Positions 37,819 through 48,658 are shown, counted from the first letter of the stretch. The stretch: 64,000 nucleotides of DNA from Alphaproteobacteria bacterium (GCA_036677425.1 JARFVT010000012.1:20583-84582); one strand, 5' to 3'. A program made the numbers and translations. The notes: generated by a model from the letters alone, not told the origin.

Positions 37819-38841
37819 ATGAAAAAATTGTTAACGATGCTTGCTATGGCTGTGGTGCTTGTCGCATCCTCTGCTATGGCCGAAAAAAAATTGGTTTTAG
37901 GGAAAATACCCTATACGCTTGAACATTCTTATCATCAATCTGTTGTTAAAATATTCACTGAACATGCAAAAAAATATTATGATGCAAAAGTCATCATTGT
38001 CGATGGGCAGGCGAATTCTGATATGACATTAAGCGCGGTTGAAAATTTGATAGCTCAAGGTGTGGATGGCATTGCGCTGCATTCCCCTGATATTGGTATG
38101 ACATCAGCGGCAGTCGCTGCGGCACATAAGGCAGGTATCCCAATTATAACCACATTAATTTACCCAGAAAGCAAAAATGCCCCGCATATTCAACCACAAG
38201 AAGCTTTATCCTCTCATCGTGAAGGTGTGGTTGCAGCTGAAAAATGGATTGAAGCCAATCCTAATAAACCAGTTAAAATAGCTATCCTAGATTTTGGTGG
38301 CTTTGAACAAGTGGTCGTATTAAGGACCGCACCTTTCATTGCTGGTGTTAAATCTGTTGCTCCCGATGCAAAAGTTGTAGCACAACAAAATGGCTTTGGC
38401 AGCACGGTAAAATCAATGGAAATTATGCTTGATATTCTACAGGCCAATCCAGATATTAATATTATTTTTGGCGCAAATGATGATATGGCGCTTGGCGCAC
38501 TTGCTGCGGCAGAACAGCTTGGCCGTGGTAAAATGGACAATGGCGTGCCGTTGACTGAAATTATTGCAGGGGTTGACGCGGGAGAAAATGCCATGATCAA
38601 GATTTTTGATCCGAATAGCTCATTTAAATTAACCCAAGGTCAAGTACGTGAAAATGCCCGCGCTGAAGTAGATACACTTGTTGCTATGGCGCGTGGCGAA
38701 TTGGCTAAAGATGTTTGGATGGAAATCCCAACATTAAGTCAAGAAATTGATTATTGGAATACAACATTAGCTGGCGCACAACGTTTTTTACAGATTAATT
38801 TTGATTTCAAAGGTGATCTGAATGAAATGCTGCTAAATTAA
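37819..38841 (+). CDS. Sugar ABC transporter periplasmic substrate-binding protein (CUT2/ribose-type)
   Basis: Signal peptide and a type-I PBP pattern (NLIAQGVDGIALHSPD, IFGANDDMALGALAAAEQLG). Confidence 0.85.
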   Translation: MKKLLTMLAMAVVLVASSAMAEKKLVLGKIPYTLEHSYHQSVVKIFTEHAKKYYDAKVIIVDGQANSDMTLSAVENLIAQGVDGIALHSPDIGMTSAAVAAAHKAGIPIITTLIYPESKNAPHIQPQEALSSHREGVVAAEKWIEANPNKPVKIAILDFGGFEQVVVLRTAPFIAGVKSVAPDAKVVAQQNGFGSTVKSMEIMLDILQANPDINIIFGANDDMALGALAAAEQLGRGKMDNGVPLTEIIAGVDAGENAMIKIFDPNSSFKLTQGQVRENARAEVDTLVAMARGELAKDVWMEIPTLSQEIDYWNTTLAGAQRFLQINFDFKGDLNEMLLN

Positions 38842-38863
38842 TCTATTGCTTTTATTTCAAGAC

Positions 38864-38897
38864 ATATTCTCGGGGTGAATAATCACCCTGAGAATAT
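38864..38897 (+). terminator. Strong hairpin immediately after the binding-protein gene (intra-operon attenuator or stabiliser)
   Basis: ATATTCTCGGGGTGA-ataa-TCACCCTGAGAATAT, a 15-bp stem with one G-U and a 4-nt loop. Confidence 0.5.
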
Positions 38898-38950
38898 ATT
38901 CATATTATAATTTTATCGCATTCAAAAGATTACAAATTAAAAGGTGCTAT

Positions 38951-39916
38951 GTGAAAAAAATTGTTAATCTCTTCTATTCAGATCCGCAAAAAATGGTTCT
39001 GGCTGGGATATTGCTAGCCTTAATTATTGGATTGACATTCGCTTCGCCAAATTTTTTATCAGTTACAAATTTTACCAATGTCCTGCTAAAGGTCGCGGTG
39101 ATTGTGATTATAGCATCCGCCGCCAATATGCTAATGGTTGCGGGGAAATTCGACCTTTCTGTTGGTGCTATATTGGCATTTTCAGGAATATTGCATGCTT
39201 ATATGAGCAAACATGGCATTCCAATTGGATTTTCAATTTTAATCACTCTTTTAGTTGCTATATGTTGGGGCGGTCTAAATGCCCTAACTGTATGTGTTTT
39301 GGGTATTAATCCAGTTATTGCAACAGTTGGATCGTTATTCATTGCACGTGGATTGGCCTCGTTAATTGCACGCTGGGATGGTGGGGCTAATATTATGCTT
39401 GGACTGCCACGAAATTTTGTCGATTTTGGTCGCGAACCCGTTTTTGGAATTTTCCCGCTGGCTATCGTTGTGATGGTTTTTGCCGTAGGAGTTTTTATTT
39501 TTATCGAAAAATACACTAAACTTGGCCGATATGCCTATAGCATTGGAACTAATATTAAAGCTGCAAGAATGTCGGGCATCAATACTGTTGGAATTACTTC
39601 TCTTCTTTATATATTAGTCGGATTATTTGCAGGGCTTAGCGGTATATTGCAAACATCACGCGTGGGACTTGCTGCGCCTACTGTTGGCAAAGGTTTAGAA
39701 TTTGACGTTATCGTCGCAATTATTCTTGGCGGGACCAGCATGATGGGTGGTGTTGGCTCTACATTTGGCATGGTCTTAGGTGCATTGGTCGTAGGGTTCA
39801 CTGGTAATGGATTAATTCTTTTGGGAATAGATTTTTATTATCAAACAATTGCCTATGGATTGATTTTAATCATTACGCTTTTATTAAGTCAAAAATTTGA
39901 TGTAAGGAAAAGTTGA
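38951..39916 (+). CDS. Sugar ABC transporter permease (RbsC-like)
   Basis: 321-aa polytopic protein with GKFDLSVGAILAFSG and TSRVGLAAPTVGKGLEFDVIVAIILGGTS motifs. Confidence 0.85.
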   Translation: MKKIVNLFYSDPQKMVLAGILLALIIGLTFASPNFLSVTNFTNVLLKVAVIVIIASAANMLMVAGKFDLSVGAILAFSGILHAYMSKHGIPIGFSILITLLVAICWGGLNALTVCVLGINPVIATVGSLFIARGLASLIARWDGGANIMLGLPRNFVDFGREPVFGIFPLAIVVMVFAVGVFIFIEKYTKLGRYAYSIGTNIKAARMSGINTVGITSLLYILVGLFAGLSGILQTSRVGLAAPTVGKGLEFDVIVAIILGGTSMMGGVGSTFGMVLGALVVGFTGNGLILLGIDFYYQTIAYGLILIITLLLSQKFDVRKS

Positions 39917-41409
39917 TTATGCAGCGATCCGATAATGTTATCGAAATAGAAAATATCGGTAAAAATTTCCCGGGAGTTCAGGCGTTAAAAGGCGTAAGTT
40001 TCAATGTTAAACGAGGAACAGTACATTGTATTGTTGGTGAGAATGGTGCGGGTAAATCAACTTTCATAAAGATTCTGACTGGTGCGCAACCAGCATCAAT
40101 TGGGAAAATAAAATTAAATGGAAAATTTTTTGCACCGCATCATGTAAGCGATGCGATTAATCAGGGTATTAGTTGTCTTTATCAAGAACTTAATATTGTT
40201 GATGAGCTAACTATTGAGGAGAATATATCGCTAGGTCAAGAGAAGCATCGATTTTTATTCCCTTTAAAATCTAAAAATCTATCTAAAGCAAAAGATATTA
40301 TTGCTGATTTTGACGATACAATTTCTCTTTCTGATCAAGTTAAAAGCCTTAGTGTTGCACAAAAACAAATTGTTGAAATCACACGTGCTTTAGTTGCTGA
40401 TTGTTCTGTTCTTGTTATGGATGAGCCAACAGCAGCATTAAGCATTGGTGAAACTACCAAGATTATGCGAGTAATAAAGCGGCTTCGTGAAACAGGAATG
40501 ACGATCATTTATATTTCCCATAAATTAAGTGAAATTTTTGAAATTGGGGATTATGTTACAATCTTACGTGATGGTGAAATGGTTGAAACCAAAGAACTGA
40601 AAACTATGCAGCAATCAGATCTTGTCCGGTTGATGCTTGGCAAAATTGTGGCTGAAAATTATATCCCCAGTAAGGGGGATCACAATAAAACAGTTTTGGA
40701 AGTAAAAAACATTTCCACGCGCAAGCTTAAAAATATCAATTTTAATTTAAAAAATGGTGAAATACTTGGCTTTTATGGGTTGCTTGGTGCTGGTAAAACC
40801 GAAGTTGCAGAAATTTTATACGGTCATAAATATACTGGTCAAATATATAAAAATGGAAAATTAATTTCATTCAATACGGCACGCGGCGCGCTTCAGCATG
40901 GCTTTGTACTTGTTCCTGAAGAGCGTCGTGAAGAAGGAATATTTGGCCTTTTAAGCATTCAACGCAATATTCCGATGATGAATATGGATTCTGTCACTCG
41001 TCATGGGCTTGTATCTAATAAGGCCGAAGGTGAGCTTGCAGATAAATATATAAAAATGTTTCAGATTGCTGCTTCTAGTCGAAAGCATAAAGTTGCATTA
41101 TTAAGCGGTGGCAATCAACAAAAAGTGGTTATTGCCAAATGCCTAAATCGTGATGCTGATGTGTTTTTAATGGATGAGCCAACACGCGGCGTAGATATTG
41201 GTGCAAAACAAGAAATTCATAATATTATTCGCGATCTTGCTAATAACGGAAAAAGTATCATCGTCTTTTCTTCTGAACTCCAAGAAATCATCGGGCTTTG
41301 TGACCGCATTATATTAATGTATGACGGCATGGTTCGGGAAATATTAGAAAATAGCAATAATATTGATACTGATCATATTATGGATATTGTCGCTGGAAAG
41401 GAAAAATAA
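39913..41409 (+). CDS. Sugar ABC transporter ATP-binding protein, duplicated ATPase domains
   Basis: 498 aa with GENGAGKST, LSVAQKQIVEITRAL and LVMDEPT in the first domain, then LSGGNQQKVVIAKCL and FLMDEPTRGVD in the second. Confidence 0.92.
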   Translation: MIMQRSDNVIEIENIGKNFPGVQALKGVSFNVKRGTVHCIVGENGAGKSTFIKILTGAQPASIGKIKLNGKFFAPHHVSDAINQGISCLYQELNIVDELTIEENISLGQEKHRFLFPLKSKNLSKAKDIIADFDDTISLSDQVKSLSVAQKQIVEITRALVADCSVLVMDEPTAALSIGETTKIMRVIKRLRETGMTIIYISHKLSEIFEIGDYVTILRDGEMVETKELKTMQQSDLVRLMLGKIVAENYIPSKGDHNKTVLEVKNISTRKLKNINFNLKNGEILGFYGLLGAGKTEVAEILYGHKYTGQIYKNGKLISFNTARGALQHGFVLVPEERREEGIFGLLSIQRNIPMMNMDSVTRHGLVSNKAEGELADKYIKMFQIAASSRKHKVALLSGGNQQKVVIAKCLNRDADVFLMDEPTRGVDIGAKQEIHNIIRDLANNGKSIIVFSSELQEIIGLCDRIILMYDGMVREILENSNNIDTDHIMDIVAGKEK

Positions 41410-41411
41410 TT

Positions 41412-42422
41412 GTGATAATTCAATTAAAACTCATGGCCTTTATGAAGAACCAAAATTTCGTTCTACTGCTTATTCTTATTGCACTTAACATATTTTTTTC
41501 AATAATGTCCAATAGCTTTTTTCAACTTAATAACTATTTCAATATGTTGACACAATCATCTGCGCTATTATTAACTGCGGCAGCGGCAACCTTGTTAATG
41601 AAAACTGGAAATTTTGATCTTTCCACTACAGCTAATCTAGCATTTAGTGGGGTTCTTTATGCTATTCTTGCAACATGGGGGATCCCATTGATATTTGCGG
41701 CGGTTATTACACTTGCAGCAGGTATGTGTTTTGGCCTTATAAATGGTTTATTGGTTACCCGTTATAATATATCCCCTTTCATTGCCACGCTTGGAATGAT
41801 GTTTATTGGCGGCGGGGTTGCCTTATTAATTTGCGGCGGACAATCCATACGGACAGGTCTTCCCGCTAATTTTACAGTTTTAATGCGGGCTGATATATTA
41901 GGATTTCCTGTCCCAATTATGATAGCTATTATTGCAATATTTATATTATGGGTGGCGGCAAATTTCACACTTATCGGTAAATATGCTATGGCTATTGGAT
42001 CAAATAAAAATGCTGCCGCGCTTGCAGGAATTAATGTAGATCGTGTTATTTTGGGCTTATTTATTTTGGTTGCGGCAACGGCCTCGCTTGCGGGCATCAT
42101 GACAGCCTCGCGTATTGGTACTGGTGATCCGCGTGTAGCAGAGTTTTTTTTTATGGATGTGATCGTTGCAATTATGTTGGGCGGCACATCGTTGACTGGT
42201 GGACGGGGTACAGTCATTGGCACTATAATTGCTGCTCTAATCATAATTATAATAGGCAATGGCTTGAATATGCTTAATATATTAGTCTTTTGGCAAACTG
42301 TTATTAAGGGTCTAATCTTGATATTTGCGGTTACTGCAAATGAAAAAATTTCATTTACACAGGTTATATTATGGCTGCGTTTGTTACGAAATCCCCCTAA
42401 AAATAGTTGCCCTCATAAATAA
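41412..42422 (+). CDS. Second sugar ABC transporter permease (RbsC-like)
   Basis: 336-aa polytopic protein with GNFDLSTTANLAFSG and ASRIGTGDPRVAEFFFMDVIVAIMLGGTS. The start is uncertain (GTG in the track, internal MKNQNF). Confidence 0.85.
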   Translation: MIIQLKLMAFMKNQNFVLLLILIALNIFFSIMSNSFFQLNNYFNMLTQSSALLLTAAAATLLMKTGNFDLSTTANLAFSGVLYAILATWGIPLIFAAVITLAAGMCFGLINGLLVTRYNISPFIATLGMMFIGGGVALLICGGQSIRTGLPANFTVLMRADILGFPVPIMIAIIAIFILWVAANFTLIGKYAMAIGSNKNAAALAGINVDRVILGLFILVAATASLAGIMTASRIGTGDPRVAEFFFMDVIVAIMLGGTSLTGGRGTVIGTIIAALIIIIIGNGLNMLNILVFWQTVIKGLILIFAVTANEKISFTQVILWLRLLRNPPKNSCPHK

Positions 42423-42603
42423 TCTATTATTTTAGAGTCTATAATGATAATTTTATAAATAAAATATGTTATCTCTAATAATAAAACTATCATAAGATAT
42501 TATTAAAATATCCCAAATATGAAATTTCCTACTCGTCTTATGAAGGTGATGCGGAAAGCATTTTGCATCAATTTTATTGCAATATTATTTTATAATTTAT
42601 TTT

Positions 42604-43188
42604 TCAAAATATATCATCGATCTGATCAAAATCATATTCATCATCAATATTTATCATTTTTTTTGCAATATCATAGGAAAAACCCTGTCTGCTTAATGCA
42701 GCCATATCTTTTTCCTTAAATTTATCGCGATCTTTAAGACGATAAACACCAAGTTTGCGGCGTTTGATATAGGCAATGGCGGCATCTATTTCACGCTTGC
42801 CAGTATCATCAATAAATTGATCCAATATTTTATTTATAATATCAAGATCAACGCCCTTGGTCATTAATTTTTGTTTTATCATTTTATGTGATGCGCCGCG
42901 CCTGCTTAGGCTTTCAATTTTCATACGGGCATATTCTGCATCATCTAAAATACCAGATTTCATAAATTTTGCAATAATATTATCAACAAACTCTGCGCCT
43001 TCAACTGGATCAGTTTCATGTAATATGGCTGATTTATAAACACGTCGCATTAATAATCTGCGTAGATTATCGCTACTACTAGAATATTTATCCAGATAAA
43101 AAAGCCCGCCAGCGCGCAGCCTTTCAAAAGTTGCAGGTTTGGATATTTTATGGTCTGATGCTATCTTTTTAAGCCTTCCATATTTCAT
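42604..43188 (-). CDS. recX: Regulatory protein RecX
   Basis: 194 aa of repeated three-helix RecX-like segments (YLDKYSSSSDNLRRLLMRRV..., ILDDAEYARMKIESLSRRGASHKMIKQKLMTKGV). Confidence 0.8.
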   Translation of the reverse strand: MKYGRLKKIASDHKISKPATFERLRAGGLFYLDKYSSSSDNLRRLLMRRVYKSAILHETDPVEGAEFVDNIIAKFMKSGILDDAEYARMKIESLSRRGASHKMIKQKLMTKGVDLDIINKILDQFIDDTGKREIDAAIAYIKRRKLGVYRLKDRDKFKEKDMAALSRQGFSYDIAKKMINIDDEYDFDQIDDIF

Positions 43189-43387
43189 ATTTAAATGAAT
43201 TATTTATTACATTAATAAATAATTTCCTATATTGTGATAACTATCACAGCAATGTTTAAATATATAGCTTAAATATATATTATAGAATGATGAGCCTTTT
43301 AGAAATTATTATTCTCAATAAAGCTAACTTGACGGTTGATGGCATATAATATGCCTCTCCCATCCAGTATCAACCAGATAGTTAAAT

Positions 43388-43415
43388 ACGGCGGCATGTT
43401 TATATATGTCGCCGT
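43388..43415 (+). other. 11-bp hairpin in the leader of the ABC-2 permease gene, followed by a C-rich tract and T6
   Basis: ACGGCGGCATG-tttata-TATGTCGCCGT (two G-U pairs). Downstream CACCGCCGCATTTTTT (43424-43439) can alternatively pair CCGCCG with CGGCGG of the left arm. Confidence 0.3.
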
Positions 43416-43570
43416 TTGCTTGTCACCGCCGCATTTTTTCTGATTTAAAAATTATATGTCCTCTGTGGAAAAAGACTTATTAAAAAAAATCCTTGCCCTA
43501 TTGCCACTTGGCTGTAATTTACAACTAAGGAATTTAAAATAATTTTTATGATTAAGGCTGTTCCAAAATT

Positions 43571-44389
43571 ATGGCTAAGCAAGATAATATTACATCAATG
43601 GTCCCTGTACCACGCCATTATGGCATGATAAACTGGATCGGCTTATGGAATTTATATTTAAAAGAAGTAAGACGCTTCATTGTGGTTTTCACTCAAACAA
43701 TAATCGCGCCAGTAGTCAGCAGCCTATTATTTTTAGCAGTTTTTACCATTGCGTTAAATAGCTCCGTTAAATATATAAATGGCATAGAATTCGCCAGTTT
43801 TTTAGCCCCCGGCCTGATAATGATGGCGATGGCGCAAAATTCTTTTGCCAATACATCATCATCATTAGTAATTGCCAAGGTTCAGGGCAATATAGTTGAT
43901 ATTTTAATGCCACCATTAAACGCATTTGAATTAACATTAGCATTAGGGTTCGGCGGGGCAACACGCGGAGTTGCGGTTGGCATCGTTACAACAATCGGTG
44001 TATCATTTTTTGTTGACTTAAGCCTAAGCCACCCATTTTTTATTATATTTCACGCTGTTTTTGCGTCCCTAATGTTATCATTACTTGGGGTTATTGGCGG
44101 TATATGGGCGGAAAAATTTGACCATATTGCCGCTTTTACAAATTTTATCATCATGCCATTCTCATTTTTAAGCGGCACTTTTTATTCTATCAGCCGCCTG
44201 CCCGAAGCATTTTATAATATTGCATTTTTTAATCCATTTTTCTATATGATTGATGGTTTTCGCTATGGTTTTATTGGCGTTTCTGATGCTGATCCAACCT
44301 TGGGTATATTTGTCATGCTTGGGGTTAATATATTACTTGGCATTACCGCATGGCGCATGTTTGCCAATGGCTTTAACCTAAAACCATAA
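43571..44389 (+). CDS. ABC-2 type transporter permease (YadH-like), no adjacent ATPase gene
   Basis: 272 aa with 6 hydrophobic segments and a typical ABC-2 N-terminus (LWNLYLKEVRRFIVVFTQTIIAPVVSSLLFL). Confidence 0.85.
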   Translation: MAKQDNITSMVPVPRHYGMINWIGLWNLYLKEVRRFIVVFTQTIIAPVVSSLLFLAVFTIALNSSVKYINGIEFASFLAPGLIMMAMAQNSFANTSSSLVIAKVQGNIVDILMPPLNAFELTLALGFGGATRGVAVGIVTTIGVSFFVDLSLSHPFFIIFHAVFASLMLSLLGVIGGIWAEKFDHIAAFTNFIIMPFSFLSGTFYSISRLPEAFYNIAFFNPFFYMIDGFRYGFIGVSDADPTLGIFVMLGVNILLGITAWRMFANGFNLKP

Positions 44390-44425
44390 TTATCAAATAA
44401 CATCGTTACAAGGATCATAAATATT

Positions 44426-45616
44426 ATGAGCAAAAATAAATCAGCAATCATGGATGTTTACGCAAGATTCGAAGAAACCATGGTCAAAGGCGATGGCATG
44501 TATTTATTCGATGCTAATGGTAAAAAATATCTCGATTTTTATGCTGGTATCGCGGTTAATTCCATTGGTCATTGCCATCCGCATTTAATAAAGGCCATTC
44601 AAGATCAAGTTGAAAATTTGATGCATATATCAAATATTTATCATATCGAGGGGCAAGAGAAACTGGCGCAACGTTTAACCAAATCATCATTTGCCGATGT
44701 GGTTTTTTTCGCCAATTCCGGGGTCGAAGCTATGGAAGGCATGATCAAGCTGGCAAGACGGTATCATTTCATTAATGGTAACCCTGAAAAATGGCGTGTA
44801 ATAACGGTAAAAGGCGCGTTTCATGGACGTTCATTGGCAACAATGGCGGCGGCTAATAACCCTAAATATATCGAAGGCTTTGGCCCTATAGTCGATGGTT
44901 TTGACAATGTTGCATTTGGTGATATCGATAAAATTCGCAATGCAATTAATGATAAAACAGCAGCAATCTTAATCGAACCAATATTGGGCGAAGGTGGTAT
45001 TAATGTTGCCGGTAATGATTATTTAAAGGCATTAAGAAAAATTGCCGATGAATTTGGTTTATTGCTATTATTAGATGAAATTCAAACTGGTGCTGGGCGT
45101 ACCGGCAAAATGTGGGCCCATCAATGGGCCGATATTAAACCAGACGCAATTGCCGCAGCCAAAGGGCTTGGAGGCGGTTTTCCAATTGGGGCAATCTTGG
45201 CGACAAATAAGGCCGCAAAAGGCATGACCCATGGGGTTCATGGCACAACATTTGGTGGCAACCCATTGGCGATGGCCGCATCTAATGCGGTGATGGATAT
45301 AATCGAGGGCAAAGGTTTTTTTGATGAAATCTGCAAAAACTCAACAATCTTACTGCAAAAGCTTGATGGGTTAGTTAATCAATATCCTGATATTTTCGAA
45401 TTAACGCGCGGGCGTGGCTTGATGTTGGGCATAAAATGCAGGCTTGATAATGATATAAATAACATTGATATGGTAAAATGCCTAAAAGATAACGGTCTGT
45501 TGACGGTTGCTGCCGCCGATAATATGGTGCGTATTTTACCACCATTAATTATGAAAAACCAACATATTGACGAGGCAATTGCAATAATTGCCAAAACCGC
45601 TAAACAATGGCATTAA
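44426..45616 (+). CDS. argD: Acetylornithine aminotransferase (class III PLP aminotransferase)
   Basis: GIAVNSIGHCHP, ANSGVEAMEG, LLLDEIQTGAGRTGK and TFGGNPLAMA motifs. It is adjacent to argF. Confidence 0.9.
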   Translation: MSKNKSAIMDVYARFEETMVKGDGMYLFDANGKKYLDFYAGIAVNSIGHCHPHLIKAIQDQVENLMHISNIYHIEGQEKLAQRLTKSSFADVVFFANSGVEAMEGMIKLARRYHFINGNPEKWRVITVKGAFHGRSLATMAAANNPKYIEGFGPIVDGFDNVAFGDIDKIRNAINDKTAAILIEPILGEGGINVAGNDYLKALRKIADEFGLLLLLDEIQTGAGRTGKMWAHQWADIKPDAIAAAKGLGGGFPIGAILATNKAAKGMTHGVHGTTFGGNPLAMAASNAVMDIIEGKGFFDEICKNSTILLQKLDGLVNQYPDIFELTRGRGLMLGIKCRLDNDINNIDMVKCLKDNGLLTVAAADNMVRILPPLIMKNQHIDEAIAIIAKTAKQWH

Positions 45617-45664
45617 ATATCTAGCCTAAATACACAATATTAAAGCCATAGATTAAATCCTGAA

Positions 45665-46588
45665 ATGGAGATAAAAATGCCCCATGATAATAGCTTTCTC
45701 GATCTGAATAATTTTAATGAGGCCGCATTACGTAAAATGCTCAACGCAGGTAATGATTTTCGCAAAGGCGGCAAAAGACACAATGAAAAGCCCTTGGCAG
45801 GTAAAATCTTGGCTTGTATTTTTGAAAAGCCATCAACTCGAACTAGAATAAGTTTTGATGTGGGCATGAAACAGCTTGGCGGCGAAGTCGTAATTATAAC
45901 ACCAGCCGAAAGCCAATTGGGGCGCGGCGAAACCATCGCTGATACGGCAAGGGTTTTAAGCGGCTATGTGGATTGCATAATGATACGCACAACTGGCGAA
46001 GAAAAATTATTGGAATTGGCACAATCAGCTACCGTGCCAGTGATTAATGGCTTAACAGACAAGACCCACCCATGCCAATTAATGGCTGACGTAATGACAT
46101 ATGAACAACATCGTGGCTCAATTGCGGGAAAAACAATTGTGTGGAGCGGTGATGGTAATAATATGGCCAGCAGCTGGATTCAGGCCGCCGTTAAATTTAA
46201 ATTCACATTAAAGCTTGCCGTACCCAATGAATTACCTGTGCCACAAGATATATTAACATGGGCAGCCAACCAAGGCGGCGATATCCAAGTTATCAATGAT
46301 CCATTGGCTGCGGTTAAAAATGCCGATTGCATTGTAACTGACACATGGGTTTCCATGGGCGATGCTGATGCGCCCGTGCGCCATAATTTGTTAAAGCCAT
46401 ATCAGGTCAATGACCATATGATGAGTTTGGCAAAAGATGATGCCATATTCATGCATTGCCTGCCCGCGCATCGCGAGGAAGAAGTAACCACAAGCGTTAT
46501 TGACGGCCCACAATCAGTTGTTTGGGACGAGGCGGAAAATCGCCTGCATGCACAAAAAGGTATTTTAGATTTCTGTATGAAAGATTAA
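45665..46588 (+). CDS. argF: Ornithine carbamoyltransferase
   Basis: [27 protein letters not shown] and HCLPAHR motifs. The start could be the internal ATG at 45677. Confidence 0.93.
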   Translation: MEIKMPHDNSFLDLNNFNEAALRKMLNAGNDFRKGGKRHNEKPLAGKILACIFEKPSTRTRISFDVGMKQLGGEVVIITPAESQLGRGETIADTARVLSGYVDCIMIRTTGEEKLLELAQSATVPVINGLTDKTHPCQLMADVMTYEQHRGSIAGKTIVWSGDGNNMASSWIQAAVKFKFTLKLAVPNELPVPQDILTWAANQGGDIQVINDPLAAVKNADCIVTDTWVSMGDADAPVRHNLLKPYQVNDHMMSLAKDDAIFMHCLPAHREEEVTTSVIDGPQSVVWDEAENRLHAQKGILDFCMKD

Positions 46589-46591
46589 TTT

Positions 46592-47503
46592 GTGGCAATA
46601 TTTGACGATAAAATAACTTTGCATGATGATATTATGCAGCCATTCATGATCGATAAAAGCGGCATTAACGGTCGTCTCATTCGTATGGGACGAATCGTTG
46701 ACACAATTATCAGCCGCCATAATTATCCCGATAGCGTTAATTTAATTTTAGCAGAATTTTTAGCCCTTGGCGCGGCATTAGCCACAGCATTAAAGTTTGA
46801 CGGTATTTTTACCCTGCAAATAAAAGGCGACGGGCCGATACCAATGATGGTTTGCGATATTACCAGCAGCGGCGATATACGCGGTTATGTACAAATAAAG
46901 GGCAAATTGCCGCCCGATGAAGATATTAAAATTGCCCCTGCTGCAGCATTTTTTAATAAAGGATATATCGCCTTCACCGTTGACCAAGTAGCCAACATGG
47001 AAAGATATCAAGGCATTGTCGAACTTAAAGGTAAAAATTTAGAAGAATGCATCAAGCATTATTTCGCCCAATCAGATCAATTTAGTTCTGAAATAAAACT
47101 GGCGGCTGGCAAAGATATTAATGGCAGATGGCGGGCGGCGGCAATTATATTACAACGCCTGCCCGAAGAAGGCGGCATTAATGTTGCAAAAGAAACCAGC
47201 GATGACTGGAATCGCGCTAAAATATTAATGCATAGCGTCAAACCACAAGAATTGCTTACCCCTGATTTGAGTTCTGAAGATATATTATTTCGTTTGTTCC
47301 ATGAAGATGGTATTAGGGTTTTTGACAAAAAACCCTTTGATATTGGCTGCCGTTGCTCAAGAGAAAAAATATCAAATGTTATCAGGCAATTATCCGCCGA
47401 TGATGTTGATCATTCGATGATTGAAGATGTAATAAAGGTTAATTGTGAATTTTGTAATCAAGAATTTATATTTAACCATGATGATATTAAAGCATTGCAA
47501 TAA
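46592..47503 (+). CDS. hslO: Hsp33-family redox-regulated chaperone
   Basis: 303 aa with the C-terminal zinc centre CRCSREK...CEFCNQEF. GTG start. Confidence 0.92.
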   Translation: MAIFDDKITLHDDIMQPFMIDKSGINGRLIRMGRIVDTIISRHNYPDSVNLILAEFLALGAALATALKFDGIFTLQIKGDGPIPMMVCDITSSGDIRGYVQIKGKLPPDEDIKIAPAAAFFNKGYIAFTVDQVANMERYQGIVELKGKNLEECIKHYFAQSDQFSSEIKLAAGKDINGRWRAAAIILQRLPEEGGINVAKETSDDWNRAKILMHSVKPQELLTPDLSSEDILFRLFHEDGIRVFDKKPFDIGCRCSREKISNVIRQLSADDVDHSMIEDVIKVNCEFCNQEFIFNHDDIKALQ

Positions 47504-47539
47504 TATAATTAACAATTGAACATATTCTATAGGTGAAAC

Positions 47540-48139
47540 ATGCAATTATTTTCAAAAAAAACATTATATTTAATTAGCATATTATCGTTATTTGCCTGTG
47601 AAAGTAAAATTTCAACGCCCCAATATGCAATGATAAGCTTTGCCCATATATCGCCAATTTATTTTAATGTGGCAGAAATAATCATCCGCAATGATTATCA
47701 AAAAATTACAAAAGCCACTGATAATATTGATGAACAATTACCAATCGACCTAAGCCAAATAGCAAATTCATGGGCAGAAAGCCGCTTGATTGCCAATGGC
47801 GATAATGGGCAATTAATTTTCATAATTAAAAATGCCAGCATAGTTGAAAAAAATTTGAAAAAAACAACTGGCCTAACAGGTATTTTAACCATAGATCAAG
47901 CCCAACAATATAACGCGCATATTTCCATAGAAATCATAGCTAAAAAAAGCAATGCGAGCCACTCAAAACAGGCCAAAACCGCAATCGAAGTAAAACATAG
48001 TCAAAGCGTTAATGAAAAAATCACATTAAATCAGCGCAGCCAAATATGGTATCAAATGGTTGAAAAAATAGGCATTGATATGGATAAAATATTGGACAAA
48101 AATATCAAAATATATCTGAAAGATTTTATCATTAAATAA
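47540..48139 (+). CDS. Hypothetical lipoprotein
   Basis: Signal peptide with lipobox LFAC. Its stop abuts the next gene. Confidence 0.6.
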   Translation: MQLFSKKTLYLISILSLFACESKISTPQYAMISFAHISPIYFNVAEIIIRNDYQKITKATDNIDEQLPIDLSQIANSWAESRLIANGDNGQLIFIIKNASIVEKNLKKTTGLTGILTIDQAQQYNAHISIEIIAKKSNASHSKQAKTAIEVKHSQSVNEKITLNQRSQIWYQMVEKIGIDMDKILDKNIKIYLKDFIIK

Positions 48140-48625
48140 GTGATTAAAACCATGCCAAATTTAAATAAAAAACTTGTAATAATTGCCCATGTGCCATCAC
48201 CCAATATGCAAATTTTACGCGATGCGGTAATATCGGGGGCAAATAATCATGAAATTAATAATGTTGATATTTTAACCTTATGCCCGTTTGATGCTAATGC
48301 AGATGATATTTTAACCGCCGATGGGGTTATCCTTGGAACTACGGAAAATTTAGGTTATATCAGCGGCGCATTAAAAGATTTCTTTGATCGTTGTTATTAT
48401 CCATTATTAAATAAAAAACCGGCGCTACCTATATTAACATATATCCGCGCTGGACATGATGGAACAGGAAGCAAAATTGCCATTGAAACCATATTAAAAG
48501 GATTGCGATGGAAATTAATTCAACCGCCAATAATATTAAAAGGCGATTGGGACAAAGATTTTATTAAACAATGTGAAACCATTGGCATGACAATGGCCGC
48601 TGGTTTAGAGGCTGGTATTTATTAA
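48140..48625 (+). CDS. Flavodoxin-like fold protein (NAD(P)H-dependent oxidoreductase-like)
   Basis: The KLVIIAHVPSPNMQ...ADGVILGTTENLGYISGALKDFFDR pattern fits flavodoxin-like proteins. Confidence 0.55.
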   Translation: MIKTMPNLNKKLVIIAHVPSPNMQILRDAVISGANNHEINNVDILTLCPFDANADDILTADGVILGTTENLGYISGALKDFFDRCYYPLLNKKPALPILTYIRAGHDGTGSKIAIETILKGLRWKLIQPPIILKGDWDKDFIKQCETIGMTMAAGLEAGIY

Positions 48626-48658
48626 AATATGTTGATATTAAAATAAGAATAGATAAAA

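Noticed and set aside
43329-43350. TTGACG ... TATAAT looks like a promoter upstream of the ABC-2 gene.
   Set aside because: The spacer is only 10 nt, which is incompatible with sigma70 spacing of 16-18 nt. The TATAAT is part of the palindrome GGCATATAATATGCC.
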